DNA from: Hemiscyllium ocellatum
Lineage: Eukaryota
Length of the DNA stretch: 64,000 bases
NCBI RefSeq assembly: GCF_020745735.1
Contig: NC_083408.1
Coordinates: 81,622,484-81,686,483, forward strand
Direction: 5' to 3'
Below the pieces are notes generated by a model. It was not told where the DNA came from and did not search any database. It worked only from the letters and a program-made list of their open reading frames with translations. The translations under genes and the position numbers were made by a program. Shown in pieces: positions 24,833 through 37,239 of the stretch; position 1 is the first letter of the stretch, and every line of letters begins with the position of its first letter.

Positions 24833-26911
24833 AATTGCCTATTAAACTCCTTGTGTTCTTTCCTACTCAGCTCATTAAGATTCAGCTTTCTATCTTGTCA
24901 AGACACCAAAGAAGGTAGATGTTGAGAAATTTCAACATAAAAATCAGAGCAAATTTAGATTGCCACTTGCTTGGAACAACATCCATGTTGAGCACAGGCA
25001 CTGGTCACACTCAGCCCACTACCACATTGACATCTGGCATGTGCCAGCCTCTCAGAACCCATACGTAGATCTCCAAACCGCATTTGAATGCTGCACCTGG
25101 CAGCTATCATTGCAATGCTGCAGAAAGGATGCTGCACTCTCAGAGGACACACCTGGCTCATGGACAGAACCAGGCTGCACCCTTTAGCTTGTCTCACTGT
25201 TACAGCACTCGCTCATTTTGACTCTAACTGGATGTTCACAACATCCCTGCGTTGCATTGCCTCGAGTTGCATGTTAGTGCTTTGCCTCCTCAGTCAGAGA
25301 TACAAAGTTCATATCACTGTTGTCTTGGTGTTTAGCACAGCCATGAGTAAGTCAAAGGACACAGTATATCATGAGCATCCTCTGATACCGTCCACGGGCT
25401 TGGAGGCCGTTAGGCATTTGGGGTGGTCAGAATCAAATTTCTCTCCACAAAAGAGGTGAGGAGCTGAATGTTGGGTTACCCATCACCCATTTTAACATTT
25501 TCTGCCCTGCTGTGAGCTGTTATCCTCCTAGAATAAGACAGGCTGCTATTAGAGGAGATGAAAGAGCCCAACACAGCTATTATTTTTGGCGTAGGTGCAG
25601 AGCAAGTGACTAGGCAGAGCAGAGGCCAACAGTCATAGAGATGTACAGCATGGAAACAGACCCTTCGGTCCAACCCATCCATGCCGACCAGATATCCCAA
25701 CCCAATCTAGCCCCACCTGCCAGCACCCCGCCCATATCCCTCCAAACCCTTCCTATGCGTATACCCATCCAAATGCCTCTTAACTGTTGCAATTAAACCA
25801 GCCTCTACCACATCCTCTGGCAGCTCATTCCATACACGTACCACCCTCTGTGTGAAATCGTTGCCCCTTAGGTCTCTTTTATATCTTTCCCCTCTCACCC
25901 CAAACCTATGCCCTCTAGTTCTGGACTCCCCAACCCCAGGGAAAAGACTTTGCCTATTTATCCTATCCATGCCCCTCATAATTTTGTAAATCTCTATAAG
26001 GTCACCCTCAGCCTCTGACATCTCCAGGGAAAGCAGCCCCAACCTGTTCAGCCTCTGCCTATAGCTCAAATCCTCCAACTCTGGCAATATCCTTGTAAAT
26101 CTTTTCTGAACCCTTTCAAGTTTCACAACATCTTTCTGATAAGAAGGTGACCAGAATTGCACGCAATATTCCAACAAATGCCTAATCAATGTTCTGTACA
26201 GCAGCAACATGACTTCCCAACTCCTGTACTCAATACTCTGACCAATAAAAAAAAGCATACCAAGTGTCTTCTTCGCTATCCTATCTACCTGCGACTTCAC
26301 TTTCAAGGAGCTATGAACCTGCACTCCAAGGTCTCTTCGTTCAGCAACACTCCCTAGGACCTTACCATTAAGTGTATTAGTCCTGCTAAGATTTGCTTTC
26401 CCAAAATGCAGCACCTCACATTCATCTGCCACTTCTCTGCCCATTGGCCCATCTGGTCCAGATCCTGTTGTAATCTGAGGTAACCCTCTTCGCTGTCCAC
26501 TACACCTCCAATTTTGGTGTCATGTGCAAACTTACTAACTGTACGTCTTATGCTCGCATCCAAATCATTTATGTAAATGACAAAAAGTAGAGGTCCCAGC
26601 ACCGATCCTTGTGGCACTCCACTGCTCACAGGCCTCCAGTCTGAAAAACTAACTTCCACCACCACCCTCTGTCTTCTACCTTTGAGTCAGTTCTGTATCC
26701 AAATGGCTAGTTCTCCCTGTATTCCATGAGATCTAACTTTGATAATCAGTCTTCCCTGGGGAACCTTGTTGAACGCCTTACTGAAGTCCATATAGATCAC
26801 ATCTACTGCTCTGCCCTCATCAATCTTCTTTGTTACTTCTTCAAAAACTCAATCAAGTTTGTGAGGCATGACTTCCCATGCACAAAGCCATGTTGACTAT
26901 TCCGAATCAGT

Positions 26912-27555
26912 GTAGAGAGAGGAAGGGAGCTTCTTCAAGGAAGGCATCCTTGCAAGAGAATTCGCAGTAGGTTAAAATCAACTAGGAGAGATTGAGGACT
27001 GCAGATGCTAGAGATCAGAGCTGAAAAGTGTATTGCTGGAAAAGCTCAGCAGGTCAGGCAGCATCCAAGGAGCAGGAGAATCGACGTTTCGGGCATGAGT
27101 CCCTCTCTCACTGCACTCCCCCAGATATCTTAGTTTGCTTGGCACACCCTCCTCATTCCTGAAGAAGGGCTTATGCCCAAAACGTCGATTCTCCTGCTCT
27201 TTGGATGCTGCCTGACCTGCTGCACTTTTCCAGCAGCACATTATTCAGCTCTAATCTCCAGCATCTGCAGTCCTCACTTTCTCCTAGTTGATTTTTACCC
27301 ACTGCGAATCCTCTTGCAAGGATGCCTTCCCTGAAGAAGCTCTCTTCCTCCCTCTACAAGAATTTCAGTGAGTCCCTCTCTCACTGCACCTCCCAGGTAT
27401 CTTAGCCTGCTTGGCACACCCTCCTCATTCCTGAAGAAGGGCTTATGCCCAAAACGTCAATTCTCCTGCTCCTTGGATGCTGCCTGACCTGCTGCGCTTT
27501 TCCAGCAATACATTTTTCAGCTCTGATCCCCAACATCTGTAGTCCTCACTTTTTC
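26912..27555. mobile_element. PLE family A insertion: inverted segment + two tandem HHR-bearing terminal repeats
   Basis: TSD CTATTCCGAATCAGT at 26897-26911 vs CTATCCTGAATCAGT at 27556-27570; CTGAAGA cores at 27159 and 27431. Confidence 0.92.
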
Positions 27556-28231
27556 CTATCCTGAATCAGTCCTTGCCTTTCCAAATACATGTACATCCTG
27601 TCCCTCAGGATTCCCTCCAACAACTTGACCACCACCGACGTCAGGATCGCCGGTCTATAGTTCCCTGGCTTGTCTTTACCGCCCTTCTTAAACAGTGGCA
27701 CCACGTTTGCCAACCTCCAGTCTTTCAGCACCTCACCCATGACTATTAATGATAAAAATATCTCAGCAAGAGTCCCAGCAATCACTTCGCTAGCTTCCCA
27801 CAGAGTTCTCGGGTACACTGATCAGGTCCTGGGGATTTATCCATTTTTAACCATTTCAAGACATCCAGCCCTTCCTCCTCTGTAATCTAGACATTTTGTA
27901 AGATGTCACCATCTATTTCCCTACAGTCTATATCTTCCATATCCTTTTCCACAGTAAATACTGATGCAAAATACTCATTTAGTATCTCCCCCATTTTCTG
28001 CGGCTCCACACAAAGGCCGCCTTGCTGATTTTTGAGGGGCCCTATTCTCTCCCTAGTTACCCTTTTGTCCTTAATGTATTTGTAAAAACCCTTTGGATTC
28101 TCCTTAATTCTATTTGCAAAAGCTATCTCATGTCCCCGTTTTGCCCTCCTGATTTCCCTCTTAAGTATACTCCTACTGCCTTTATACTCTTCTAAGGATT
28201 CACTCGATATATTCTGTCCATACCTGACATA

Positions 28232-28454
28232 ATTTGGAGATGCCGGTGTTGGACTGGGGTGTACAAAGTTAAAAATCACACAACACCAGGTTATAGTCAA
28301 ACAGTTTTAATTGGAAGTGCACTAGCTTTCGGAGTGACGCTCCTTCATCAGCCCTCCACTATCACCTGAAGAAAGAGTGTTGCTCCGAAAGCTACTGTAC
28401 TTCCAATTAAACCTGTTGGACTATAACCTGGTGTTGTGTGATTTTTAACTTTGT
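28232..28454. mobile_element. Second copy of the fold-back PLE unit (family C), opposite orientation to 7775-7994
   Basis: Same arms and same central junction; perfect 12-bp TSD ATACCTGACATA at 28220-28231 and 28455-28466. Confidence 0.92.
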
Positions 28455-28564
28455 ATACCTGACATATGCTTCCTTCTTTTTCTTAACCAAACCCTCAATT
28501 TCCTTAGCTGAAAATGTGTTGCTGGAAAAGTGCAGCAGGTCAGGCAGCATCCAAAGAGCAGGAG

Positions 28565-28600
28565 ATTCGACGTTTCGGGCATAAGCCCTTCTTCAGGAAT
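28565..28600 (-). ncRNA. Intact minimal hammerhead ribozyme (PLE family A)
   Basis: Reverse complement ATTC-CTGAAGA-A-GGGC-TTAT-GCCC-GAAA-CG-TC-GAAT; stems I and II pair perfectly, GUC cleavage triplet. Confidence 0.85.
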
Positions 28601-29007
28601 GAGCTGGAGGAGGTCTAATTGCAGGGAATGTAGGTAGCGACGCATGGCTGCAAATGTGGAGCGGAGGATCCGGAGGGAGGTCTGTTGCTGGAGGCTTCGG
28701 ACTTCTTGTAGGTACTGGTTGTCCTGGTTGGGTCCAAATTTTGTTGGTCGGAATGTAGTCCGTAGTCTGTGCAGGATCAGTTGGTTCTGTAGGCAGGTGC
28801 TGAGGAAGGAGATGTGGCTGTGGTAGCGAGTCTGTTTGAGAACGTGGCTGAAGAGCTTCTGTGCAGAGGAGATGACCTGGGATGTGCAGTGAGAGAGGGA
28901 CTCACTGAAATCTTTGGAGAGGGAGGAAGAGAGCTTCTTCAAAGAAGGCATCCTTGTAAGAGGATTCACAGTAGGTTAAAATCTTCGAGGACTCCAGATG
29001 CTGGAGA

Positions 29008-29081
29008 ATTCCTGAAGAAGGGCTTATGCCCGAAACGTTGAAAAGATTCCTGAAGAAGGGCTTATGCCCGAAATATCGAAT
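29008..29081 (+). ncRNA. Two hammerhead cores in tandem, 38 nt apart
   Basis: CTGAAGAAGGGCTTATGCCCGAAA at 29012 and 29050. Confidence 0.75.
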
Positions 29082-30889
29082 CTCCTGCTCTTTGGATGCT
29101 GCCTGACCTGCTGCGCTTTTCCAGCAACACATTTTCAGCTCTGATCTCCAGCATCTGCAGTCCTCACTTTCTCCCCTCAATTTCCTTAGTCATCCAGCAT
29201 TCCTTATACCTACCAGCCTTCCTTTTCATCCTGACAGGAATATACTTTCTCTGGAGTCTTGTTATCTCATTTCTGAAGGTTTCCATTTTCCAGCCGTCTC
29301 TTTACCTGCGAACATCTGCCGCCAATCAGCTTTTGAAAGTTCTTCCCTAATACCATCAAAATTGGCCTTTCTCTAATTTAGAACTTCAACTTTTAGATCT
29401 GGTCTATCCTTTTCCATCAGTATTTTAAAACAAATAGAATTATGGTCACTGGCCCCAAAGTGCTCGTCCACTGACACCTCAGTCACCTGCCTGCCCTCCC
29501 TTATATCTCAAGCTTTGCACCTTCTCTAGTAGGTACAGCCACATTCTGAATCAGAAAATTGTCTTGTACACACTTAAGAAATTCCTCTCCATCTAAACCT
29601 TTAACACTCTGGCAGTCCCAGTCTATGTTTGGAAAGTTAAAATCCCCTCCCATAACCACCCTATTATTCTTACAGATAGCTGAGATCTCCTTACAAGTTT
29701 GTTTCTCAATTTCCCTCTGACTATTAGGAGGGGTCTATAATACAATCCCAATAAGGTGATCATCCCTTTCTTATTTCTCAGTTCCACCCAAATAACTTCC
29801 CTGGATGTATTTCCGGGAATATCCTCCCTCAGCACAGCTGTAATGCTATCCCTTTTCAAAAATGCCACTCCCCCTCCTCTTTTGCTTCCCTTTCTATCCT
29901 ACCTGTTGCATTTGTATCCTGGAACATTAAGCTGCCAGTCCTGCCCATCCCTGAGCCATGTTTCCATAATTGCTATGATATCCCAGTTCCATGTTCCTAA
30001 CCATGCCCTGAGTTCATCTGCCTTCCCTGTTAGGCCCCTTGCATTGAAATAAATACAGCTTAATTTATTAGTCCTACCTTGTCCATGCCTGCCCTGACTG
30101 TTTGACTCACTTCTGTTCTCAGCTGTACCCGCCTCAGATTGATCTCTTTCTTCACTATCTCCCTGGAACCACCCCCCCACCTTACTAGTTTAAATCCTTC
30201 CAAGCAGATCTAACAAATTTCCCTGCCAATATATATTAGTCCCCTTTCAATTTAGGTACAATCCGTCTTTATTTTACGGTGTGCATGACAGTGAGTGAGG
30301 GACTGATCATGTACAAACCCCTGGACAGTAAATGGATGATGCCCTTAATTAACTGTATTGGGAGCACAACTGAGAACAGACTCTCAGCTTGACTGAGGAC
30401 TACTCCTCTTCTTTGAGATATTGCCACTTTGGTTGATGCACATTCAGTGTTATTTGGATGTGCTGTTGGTGCGAGATTAATGTCGCATGGTGCTGTCCTG
30501 TTCACCTCTATGGCTGACCATTGTGGACAAGCATTGCAAGCTGCTTGGCTCATGTCTGCACTCTCCAGCAAGGCAAGACAGAAGTACTGTGCATCCTAAA
30601 GGCAAGGGTGAAGTGCCAAAAGGCAAGATAAGGACGTAAGAGCATCAAAATGGGCCCAAAATAAGTGAGCACTAAGAGTGTGAGCAAGTGGCCATGCAAT
30701 GCAGCCTAATCCAATCGTGATCTCAGTGACTGTCCTTAAGCCCAGTGTCCTTCCAGTAGCATTGCATTGAAAGGGGCACTATACAATGCTGCATGGTAGT
30801 CCAGAACTGGACTGTAACTGGCTTGGCTATGTGCCATGATGGTGTGGTGAGACTGGCACATAAGGGATGCCAATGTCTGCAGCATAGGG

Positions 30890-31550
30890 GGGAGCCATTG
30901 GCGTAGTGGCAATATCACTGAACTGGTAATCCGAAACCCCAAGTTAATGTTCTGCCCCATGTGAATCAAGTCACGAAATTTGAATATAATAAAAGTCTGG
31001 AATAAAAAGCTAGCCTAATGATTTTTAGATTTAGATTACTTACAGTGTGGAAACAGGCCCTTCGGCCCAACAAGTCCACACCGACCCGCCGAAGTGCAAC
31101 CCACCCAGACCCATTCCCCTACACCCAACACTACGGGCAATTTAGCATGGCCAATTCACCTAACCTGCACATTTTTGGACTGTGGGAGGAAACCGGAGCA
31201 CCTGGAGGAAACCCACACAGACACAGGGAGAATGTGCAAACTCCACACAGCCAGTTGTCTGAGGCAAGAATTGAACCCCGGTCTCTGGCGCTGTGAGGCA
31301 GCAGTGCTAACCGCTGTGCCACCGTGCCGCCCATAATGATGGCCAAGTAACTGCTGTCAATTGTTGTTTTAAAAAATCCATCTGGTTCATAATATCCTTT
31401 AGGGAAGGAAGTCTTCCATCTTTGCCTGGTATTGCCTACGTGTGACTCCAGACCCACAGCAATGTGGTTGACTCTTTACTGCCTCTGAGGGTAAATTGGG
31501 ATAGGCAATGAAAACTGGCCTTGTCAGCAATGCCCACATCCCATGAAAAA
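30890..31550 (+). mobile_element. Old tRNA-head SINE with LINE-type tail, interrupted by an HE1 SINE
   Basis: TGGCGTAGTGGCAATATCACTGAACTGGTAATCC head; tail GCAATGCCCACATCCCATGAAAAAA; related copy at 44025-44300. Confidence 0.75.
31022..31332 (-). mobile_element. HE1-type SINE
   Basis: Full head and (TTTAGA) tail; flanking TAATGAT duplication. Confidence 0.93.
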
Positions 31551-32169
31551 AGGAGAGTTGCATGTGATTGTTGCCAATGAAGCCTGCCCTGAGATGTTGG
31601 TACCAGGTATCCAAGATGGAGAGCTGTTGGAGCAAATAGAATGCTAAGGGCACCAGGCAACAACTCAAAACATTGGGAATTCTCACCATCCTGTTTCTAT
31701 CCAGCAGTATAAAATGGGAGACTGAGTACTAATGAGTTGAGATTCAATAACAATGAGTGATAATCTATGCTAAAATACTTTACTATTCACCAGTGAGAAT
31801 ATCATATTGATGTCCAACAGTTGGTTGGAAAAGCAAGAAAGGCCTCACTGGACATATCACTTGATTTTTCCTAACTTTCTAGCCATGATCCATGTCATTC
31901 AGCGGCCGGGAAGATTCCAAACATTGTGTATCATGACTTTGGCAAAAGGAAACAATTTACTCCCAGACACAGTAAGGGTCATGATACAAAACAAGACATG
32001 AACTGCTTAATCAAAACAAACGATAAGTTTTGTGACCCAGCTAACAGGGCTATTTTGATGAGTGTTTCAAAAGTACAAGAGTATTGTAGACATTATGAAC
32101 AATCATGTTTGGTGCTGAAAGAAGATTTGAATGTTCTCATTATTTGTTTTCAGCTTCACACACCTGAGT

Positions 32170-33275
32170 CAGAACTGTTCATAACTTATGTGAGTAGAAA
32201 AAGGTTAGTGAAGACAGATATAGGTCCCTTATTGTCAGAAATCGGGAAAGATATAATAAGAATACAGCGATGGCAAACCAATTAAATCCATACTTTCATT
32301 CTGTCAAAGGAGAACTGAAATAATATTCCAAACATGTTGGAGAACACAGGGCTGAGTGAGAGGGAAGAACTGAAGCAAATCTGTATTAGTTGAGAAATGG
32401 CGCTGGGCGGCACGGTGGCACAGTGGGCGGCACGGTGGCGCAGTGGTTAGCACTTCTGCCTCACAGCGCCTGAGACCCGGGTTCAGTTCCCGACTCAGGC
32501 GACTGACTGTGTGGAGTTTGCACGTTCTCCCCGTGTCTGCGTGGGTTTCCTCCGGGTGCTCCGGTTTCCTCCCACAGTCCAAAGATGTGCGGGTCAGGTG
32601 AATTGGCCAAGCTAAATTGCCCGTAGTGTTAGGTAAGGGGTAAATGTAAGGGTATGGGTGGGTTTCGCTTCGGCGGGTCGGTGTGGACTTGTTGGGCCGA
32701 AGGGCCTGTTTCCACACTGTAAGTCTAATCTAATCTAATCTAAATTGATGAGATTGAAGACAAATCCCCAGGGTCTGATAATCTACATCCCAGCGTATTC
32801 AAGGAAGTGTTCCCAGAATTAGTAGGTGCATTAGTGATCATTTCAAGAATCTATAGGCTTAGGAACATTCCTATAGATTGGAGGGTGTCTAATGCAAAGC
32901 CTCTATCTAAAAAATGAGGGAATTATAGACTGGTTACCCTGACATCGGTAGTAGGGAAATGCTAGAGTCTGCTTTTAAAGATTGAATAGCAGAGCACTCG
33001 GAAAACAGTGACAGGACTAGACAGAGTCAGCATGGACTTACAAAAGGGAAATTGTACTTGACAAATGCACTGGAATTTTTTGATGATACAATTAGTATAA
33101 TTGATAAGGGGGGGAGGCAGTGGATGTAACTTATATGGACTGTCAAAAGGCTTTTGAAAACATCCCACATAAGAAATTAGCATATAAAATTAAAGGACAC
33201 ATGATTGGGGTGGTATACTGACCAGGCCAGTGAATGAGTTGGCAGACCAGAAGCGAAGAGGAGGAATAAACAATT
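32170..33275 (+). mobile_element. CR1 internal RT fragment, degraded, interrupted by a SINE
   Basis: AAATCCCCAGGGTCTGAT (KSPG.D), AATTATAGACTGGTT (NYR), CAGCATGGACTT (QHG). Confidence 0.85.
32405..32743 (+). mobile_element. Young HE1-type SINE with duplicated 5' end
   Basis: GGGCGGCACGGTGGC(A/G)CAGTGG twice; B box GGTTCAGTTCC; (TCTAA)4 tail; CpGs intact. Confidence 0.95.
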
Positions 33276-34829
33276 CTTTATGTTATCCCTGCTCACTTAG
33301 GGGATGCTGATGAAATTGGAGTAATCTTTGCCAGCCTAACTATATCTCCACATCTTCCATAGACATATGGAGTTCATTGGTTTCTTGCAAAGCCTGAAGG
33401 AATAATATTGTGCAGATCTCGAACCTATCCATTTTAGTCCAAACCAGACTCTCCACCTTAGACCCATGCAAATCCTGCCATGCTGGGATCACAAATAACT
33501 CTTGTACTTTGGTTAGTATTATAAGTTAGAAGAGATTTGACCTATGCTGCATGTTTCTTCTCAGCAAGCCTTTAGACAAGGTAAGCTACACATTTGGCTA
33601 GGAGACAGCTTAGGCAAGCCTAAAGCCCATTGAATATCAGCACCACCATCATTAGCTTTAGCTCTGTCATTCTTCATAATGCTGAGGTCAGTGGTAGAAA
33701 ACCATGGATTTGATGTGATCCAGAACTGCATGTTAAATGGTGATTCTGCAAGACCAACCTTGTCCACATCGAGAAAATTGTCCATTAAGCTGGCCCATTG
33801 TTGGATTTATTTACAACTTCACCATAGAGGTGATTGATTTCCTCGATGTTTTCCTTAACAGATTCCCCACCTCCATTAAGTGCCGATGCAGAACAGACCC
33901 ATAGCATTCTGTGTAGAGATGTGTTTCATGCTGGAATCAGAGGTTTAGAAAATAAGCCGTCTGCATTTGGGAACGGTAATGGATTCAGTACGCTATTAGA
34001 AAGGATAGGCTATAATTTCATGCCTCATATGTTATGCTTTGTAAACTAATTTGAGCATAATAAGGTAGAATGAAGATAAGGAATGCAACAGTAAAATGTC
34101 ATACTGCTATCAACAATATTATGAAAAATCAGATATGTGTGAGCCTGCCATAGTGGGTGCAAATTGCAAGAACACTCAAATAAAATTGAGAACATCTCAA
34201 TCTTCCTTAATCTATATAATAGCTTGTACATTATACAACACACAATAACAAGAACACTAAAGAAAACATTGTGCAGTTTTATGCTAAACTTTTGCTTGCA
34301 GTGTGAGTGCTGAGGATGTGAAGACTAATTTCAACACTTATTCCAAAACAGATTTTAAGGAATTTCCACCCCATTGTTCCCCAATTTTATCCCAAAAATT
34401 AAAAGTCACTGGGACATTTAAACTGATTGGAATAGTTTGTTAATGACTTGTCATTCATTTTTTTTAACCAAGCTACTTTTTTTTCATTAAATGATTTAAA
34501 AATATACTGAGCTGCATTCTCTTTTAATTGTATCACTGTTATTAGTCCTCCAGATTAGGACATTCTGCAATTGACCCTCATTATAATCTTTTGGGGATTT
34601 TGAGAAATGAATACCAGGGATCTTGTCCTTCTTTTAGTAGATTAGAGTTGAATCTTTACAATGATTCCAGTTGAAATTTATAACGTTTTAAATGAAATGT
34701 AGATGCCATCTGGGGTATATATGATGATGATGCAGCACAAACAACAAGACCTTTAACAGTGAAATCTCAAGGAACCGATATTACCATAATTAGACAAAAG
34801 TACATCTTGAACCCAAGGAGGAGTTGCTG

Positions 34830-35760
34830 AAAAAAATTGCGGAAAAAACTTGAGCAAAGAAAGGATTTTGAGGAGAATCAGAATATAGAATGATAGGATA
34901 GAAGGAGTGGCAGGATGTGTATAGTAGAGGCTAGTATTGGGATCACTGAGAGTGGCAGAGAAGCTAAAGAAGTACTTTCTGTCTGTCTTCATACAGGGCT
35001 ACATACAACATTTCCCCGATGTAAGTGTACCCGTCATATGACAGTTCAGTGAGCGTATCAAAAATGCAAGAAATTAGTATGCGTAAAAAAGTAGCATTTG
35101 AGAAATTAATGGGACTTAAAGTTTATATATTCTTCAGACCTAATGACCTTCACATGACAACATTGAGAGAGATATTGGTTTCACTGGTGATCATTTTTCA
35201 AAATTCTGCTTGTAAATGTAACCCAATGTTTAAGAAAGGGGGGAGAGAGGAAGCAGGGAACCACAGACCACAATTGTCAATATAATTTCACAAGTGTAGA
35301 AAATACTTGAGTCCATTTTTAAGAATGTGATCACTGGATGTTTAGAAAATAATTGCTTGATTGGACAGATTCAGCATTGATTTATGAAAGGAAATCATGT
35401 TGACAAACCTGATAGGGCTTTTTGAGGATGTTACTAGTAGATTCAGCAAAGGGAAAACAGTGGGTGTGGTATACTTGGGAAAGCCTTCAAAATAAAATAC
35501 AGAATGAAAGATAATGTAACACAGAGTAAAAGGCAAGTTGTTCAGGACAGAGGTGTAGAAAAAAACTTTTCATTCAGAAAGTGGTGAATCTTTGGAATTC
35601 CCTGCCTCAGAGGACTCAAGACAGGCATTATGACTTTGAGTCACTGATGATGTGAGGGTAGTGTGAGAATATGATATTGAGATAGATGATCAGCCATGAC
35701 CTAGATTGCTGGAGCCAGCCTGAGGGGCTGAATAGCCGATTTCTGCTCCTATGATGCTAT
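34830..35760 (+). mobile_element. CR1 fragments, degraded
   Basis: FKKGGREEAGNHRP; GGAAATCATGTTGACAAACCTG; 3' UTR GATCAGCCATGA...CTGCTCCTATG. Confidence 0.8.
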
Positions 35761-36239
35761 GCACATCTGGACAATTTTGAGCTCTACATCCTTCCCATTA
35801 GGAATACTTAAAATGAAATTCAATTTCCCCTAATTTTGATATCAGGAGTAGTCAGAACTAAATGTAAAGTTTCTTTGCCATTCTCCTACATTATCATCCA
35901 TTGTATTATAACATCTCCAGGTGCACCTACTTGACAAGTAACCTGAAATTAGACATTTCATAACTTGTTTAGCAACTCACTATCCTAAAACAAGTTTCAT
36001 TGTCGACTTCCACTGGGGCTGTCAAGTTTTTCTAAGGGATTACTTTCCTGAGGACACTGTAACTGGAACTTTAGAGATAGAAACTCACCTGAAGGAGTTG
36101 TAAACTCAAGGCCCAGTGGCAGATTTTAAGTTGGATTAGAATGCTAGGATTTAGATGAAACTTATCCTCAGCTTTTTCATAAATATTGTATCAAGTTTGT
36201 CTCTCAGGAAACCTTTGAATTATGCATTTTCACTTCATG

Positions 36240-36318
36240 ATTTGAAGATGCCGATGTTGGACTGGGGTGGACACAATTAAAAATCACACAACAACAACAG
36301 GTTTAATTGGAAGCACTT
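36240..36318 (-). mobile_element. Truncated piece of PLE family C
   Basis: GATGCCGATGTTGGACTGGGGTGGACACAATTAAAAATCACACAAC...CAGGTTTAATTGGAAGCACT matches 28238-28322. Confidence 0.75.
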
Positions 36319-37239
36319 CAATTAGTCTTCATTTCACTTCACTTAGTAATGACACAGTAATATAGTAATGACGTATTGGAAGAAATGTGCTTTAGGTTTT
36401 AACTTCCTAATAGAGTGAATGGTTTAATGCAATTATATTGAGAAAATATTTCTGAAGCCTTGAAATTTAATTACATAATAATGTCTTAGACCTCTTCCAA
36501 GTCCATGACCTCTATCACCCAGAAAGACAAGGGCAGCAGATTCATGGAGGTGCCGTCGCCAGTAACTTCCCCTCTAAGTCACAAACCATCCTGACTTGGA
36601 ACTATAAAACTGTTTTTCCATTGTTGCTGCATCTAAATCTGTCCCTCATTGCACTGAATGTGTAATTACACCACTTGCATTGATTCAAGATAGGAGCTCC
36701 CTGTTACCTTCTCAAGGGCAATTCGGCATGGGTTATAAATGCTGCCTTGGTGAGATTAATAGCCCATGAACAATCAAAGTAAAATGAACAAAGGAACATG
36801 ATTTATTGAGTGCTGAGGCATACATTTGATAAACCAAAATGTTCAGATTCTAATATAAAATATGATAGGATATTGGTAAATAAGCCATAACATGACTTGC
36901 AGCCTACACTGCTCAAACAGAAACAAATTTAGATGGATGTGAGCAGTGGAACTGCTCCAGTTTAGGAATATGATATTTTGTGAAGTAAAGTCAACCCCCT
37001 ATTTTTGGCTAAAAAATCTAGAATCTCCTTGTATCTCATGTGAAAGTCGAGCCCAGTCCTTCAAAGGTAGCAGATCAACATTTCTGAGTCAAGGTACATA
37101 AATGTTACAATGAGGAAATGAACTTTTATTTGTGCTATTGTGTAATTTGATGTACAATTCATACCAAAGTTAGGCTATGGATTTCTTAAGTTCATTATCG
37201 AACGAGCTCTATAATTAGAATAATTATTATTCACATTCT

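Larger units (their letters stand above)
28508..29173. mobile_element. PLE family A insertion: ORF N-terminus (minus) with three HHR cores
   Basis: 16-bp TSD CCCTCAATTTCCTTAG at 28492-28507 and 29174-29189; peptide KQTRYHSHISFLSTCLQNQLI (H..FL..C....IP.GL type PLE N-terminus). Confidence 0.92.
25631..30268 (-). mobile_element. Long CR1 LINE (ORF1 esterase C-terminus, APE endonuclease, RT, 3' UTR) disrupted by three PLE insertions
   Basis: DGL.LN.KGTN...DLN* near 30185-30268; CIYFNARGL..IAIMETWL; LGLYYRPL; SGVPQGSVLGP, FAHDTK; closely similar to the 5410-7737 copy. Confidence 0.96.

Noticed and set aside
24940-25460. Coding exon or Harbinger remnant (also 30270-30880)
   Set aside because: GC-richer and repeat-like, but I could not identify any motif with confidence
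32405-32500. tRNA gene
   Set aside because: The A and B boxes belong to a SINE head that continues into the HE1 body and tail; the same applies to the other copies
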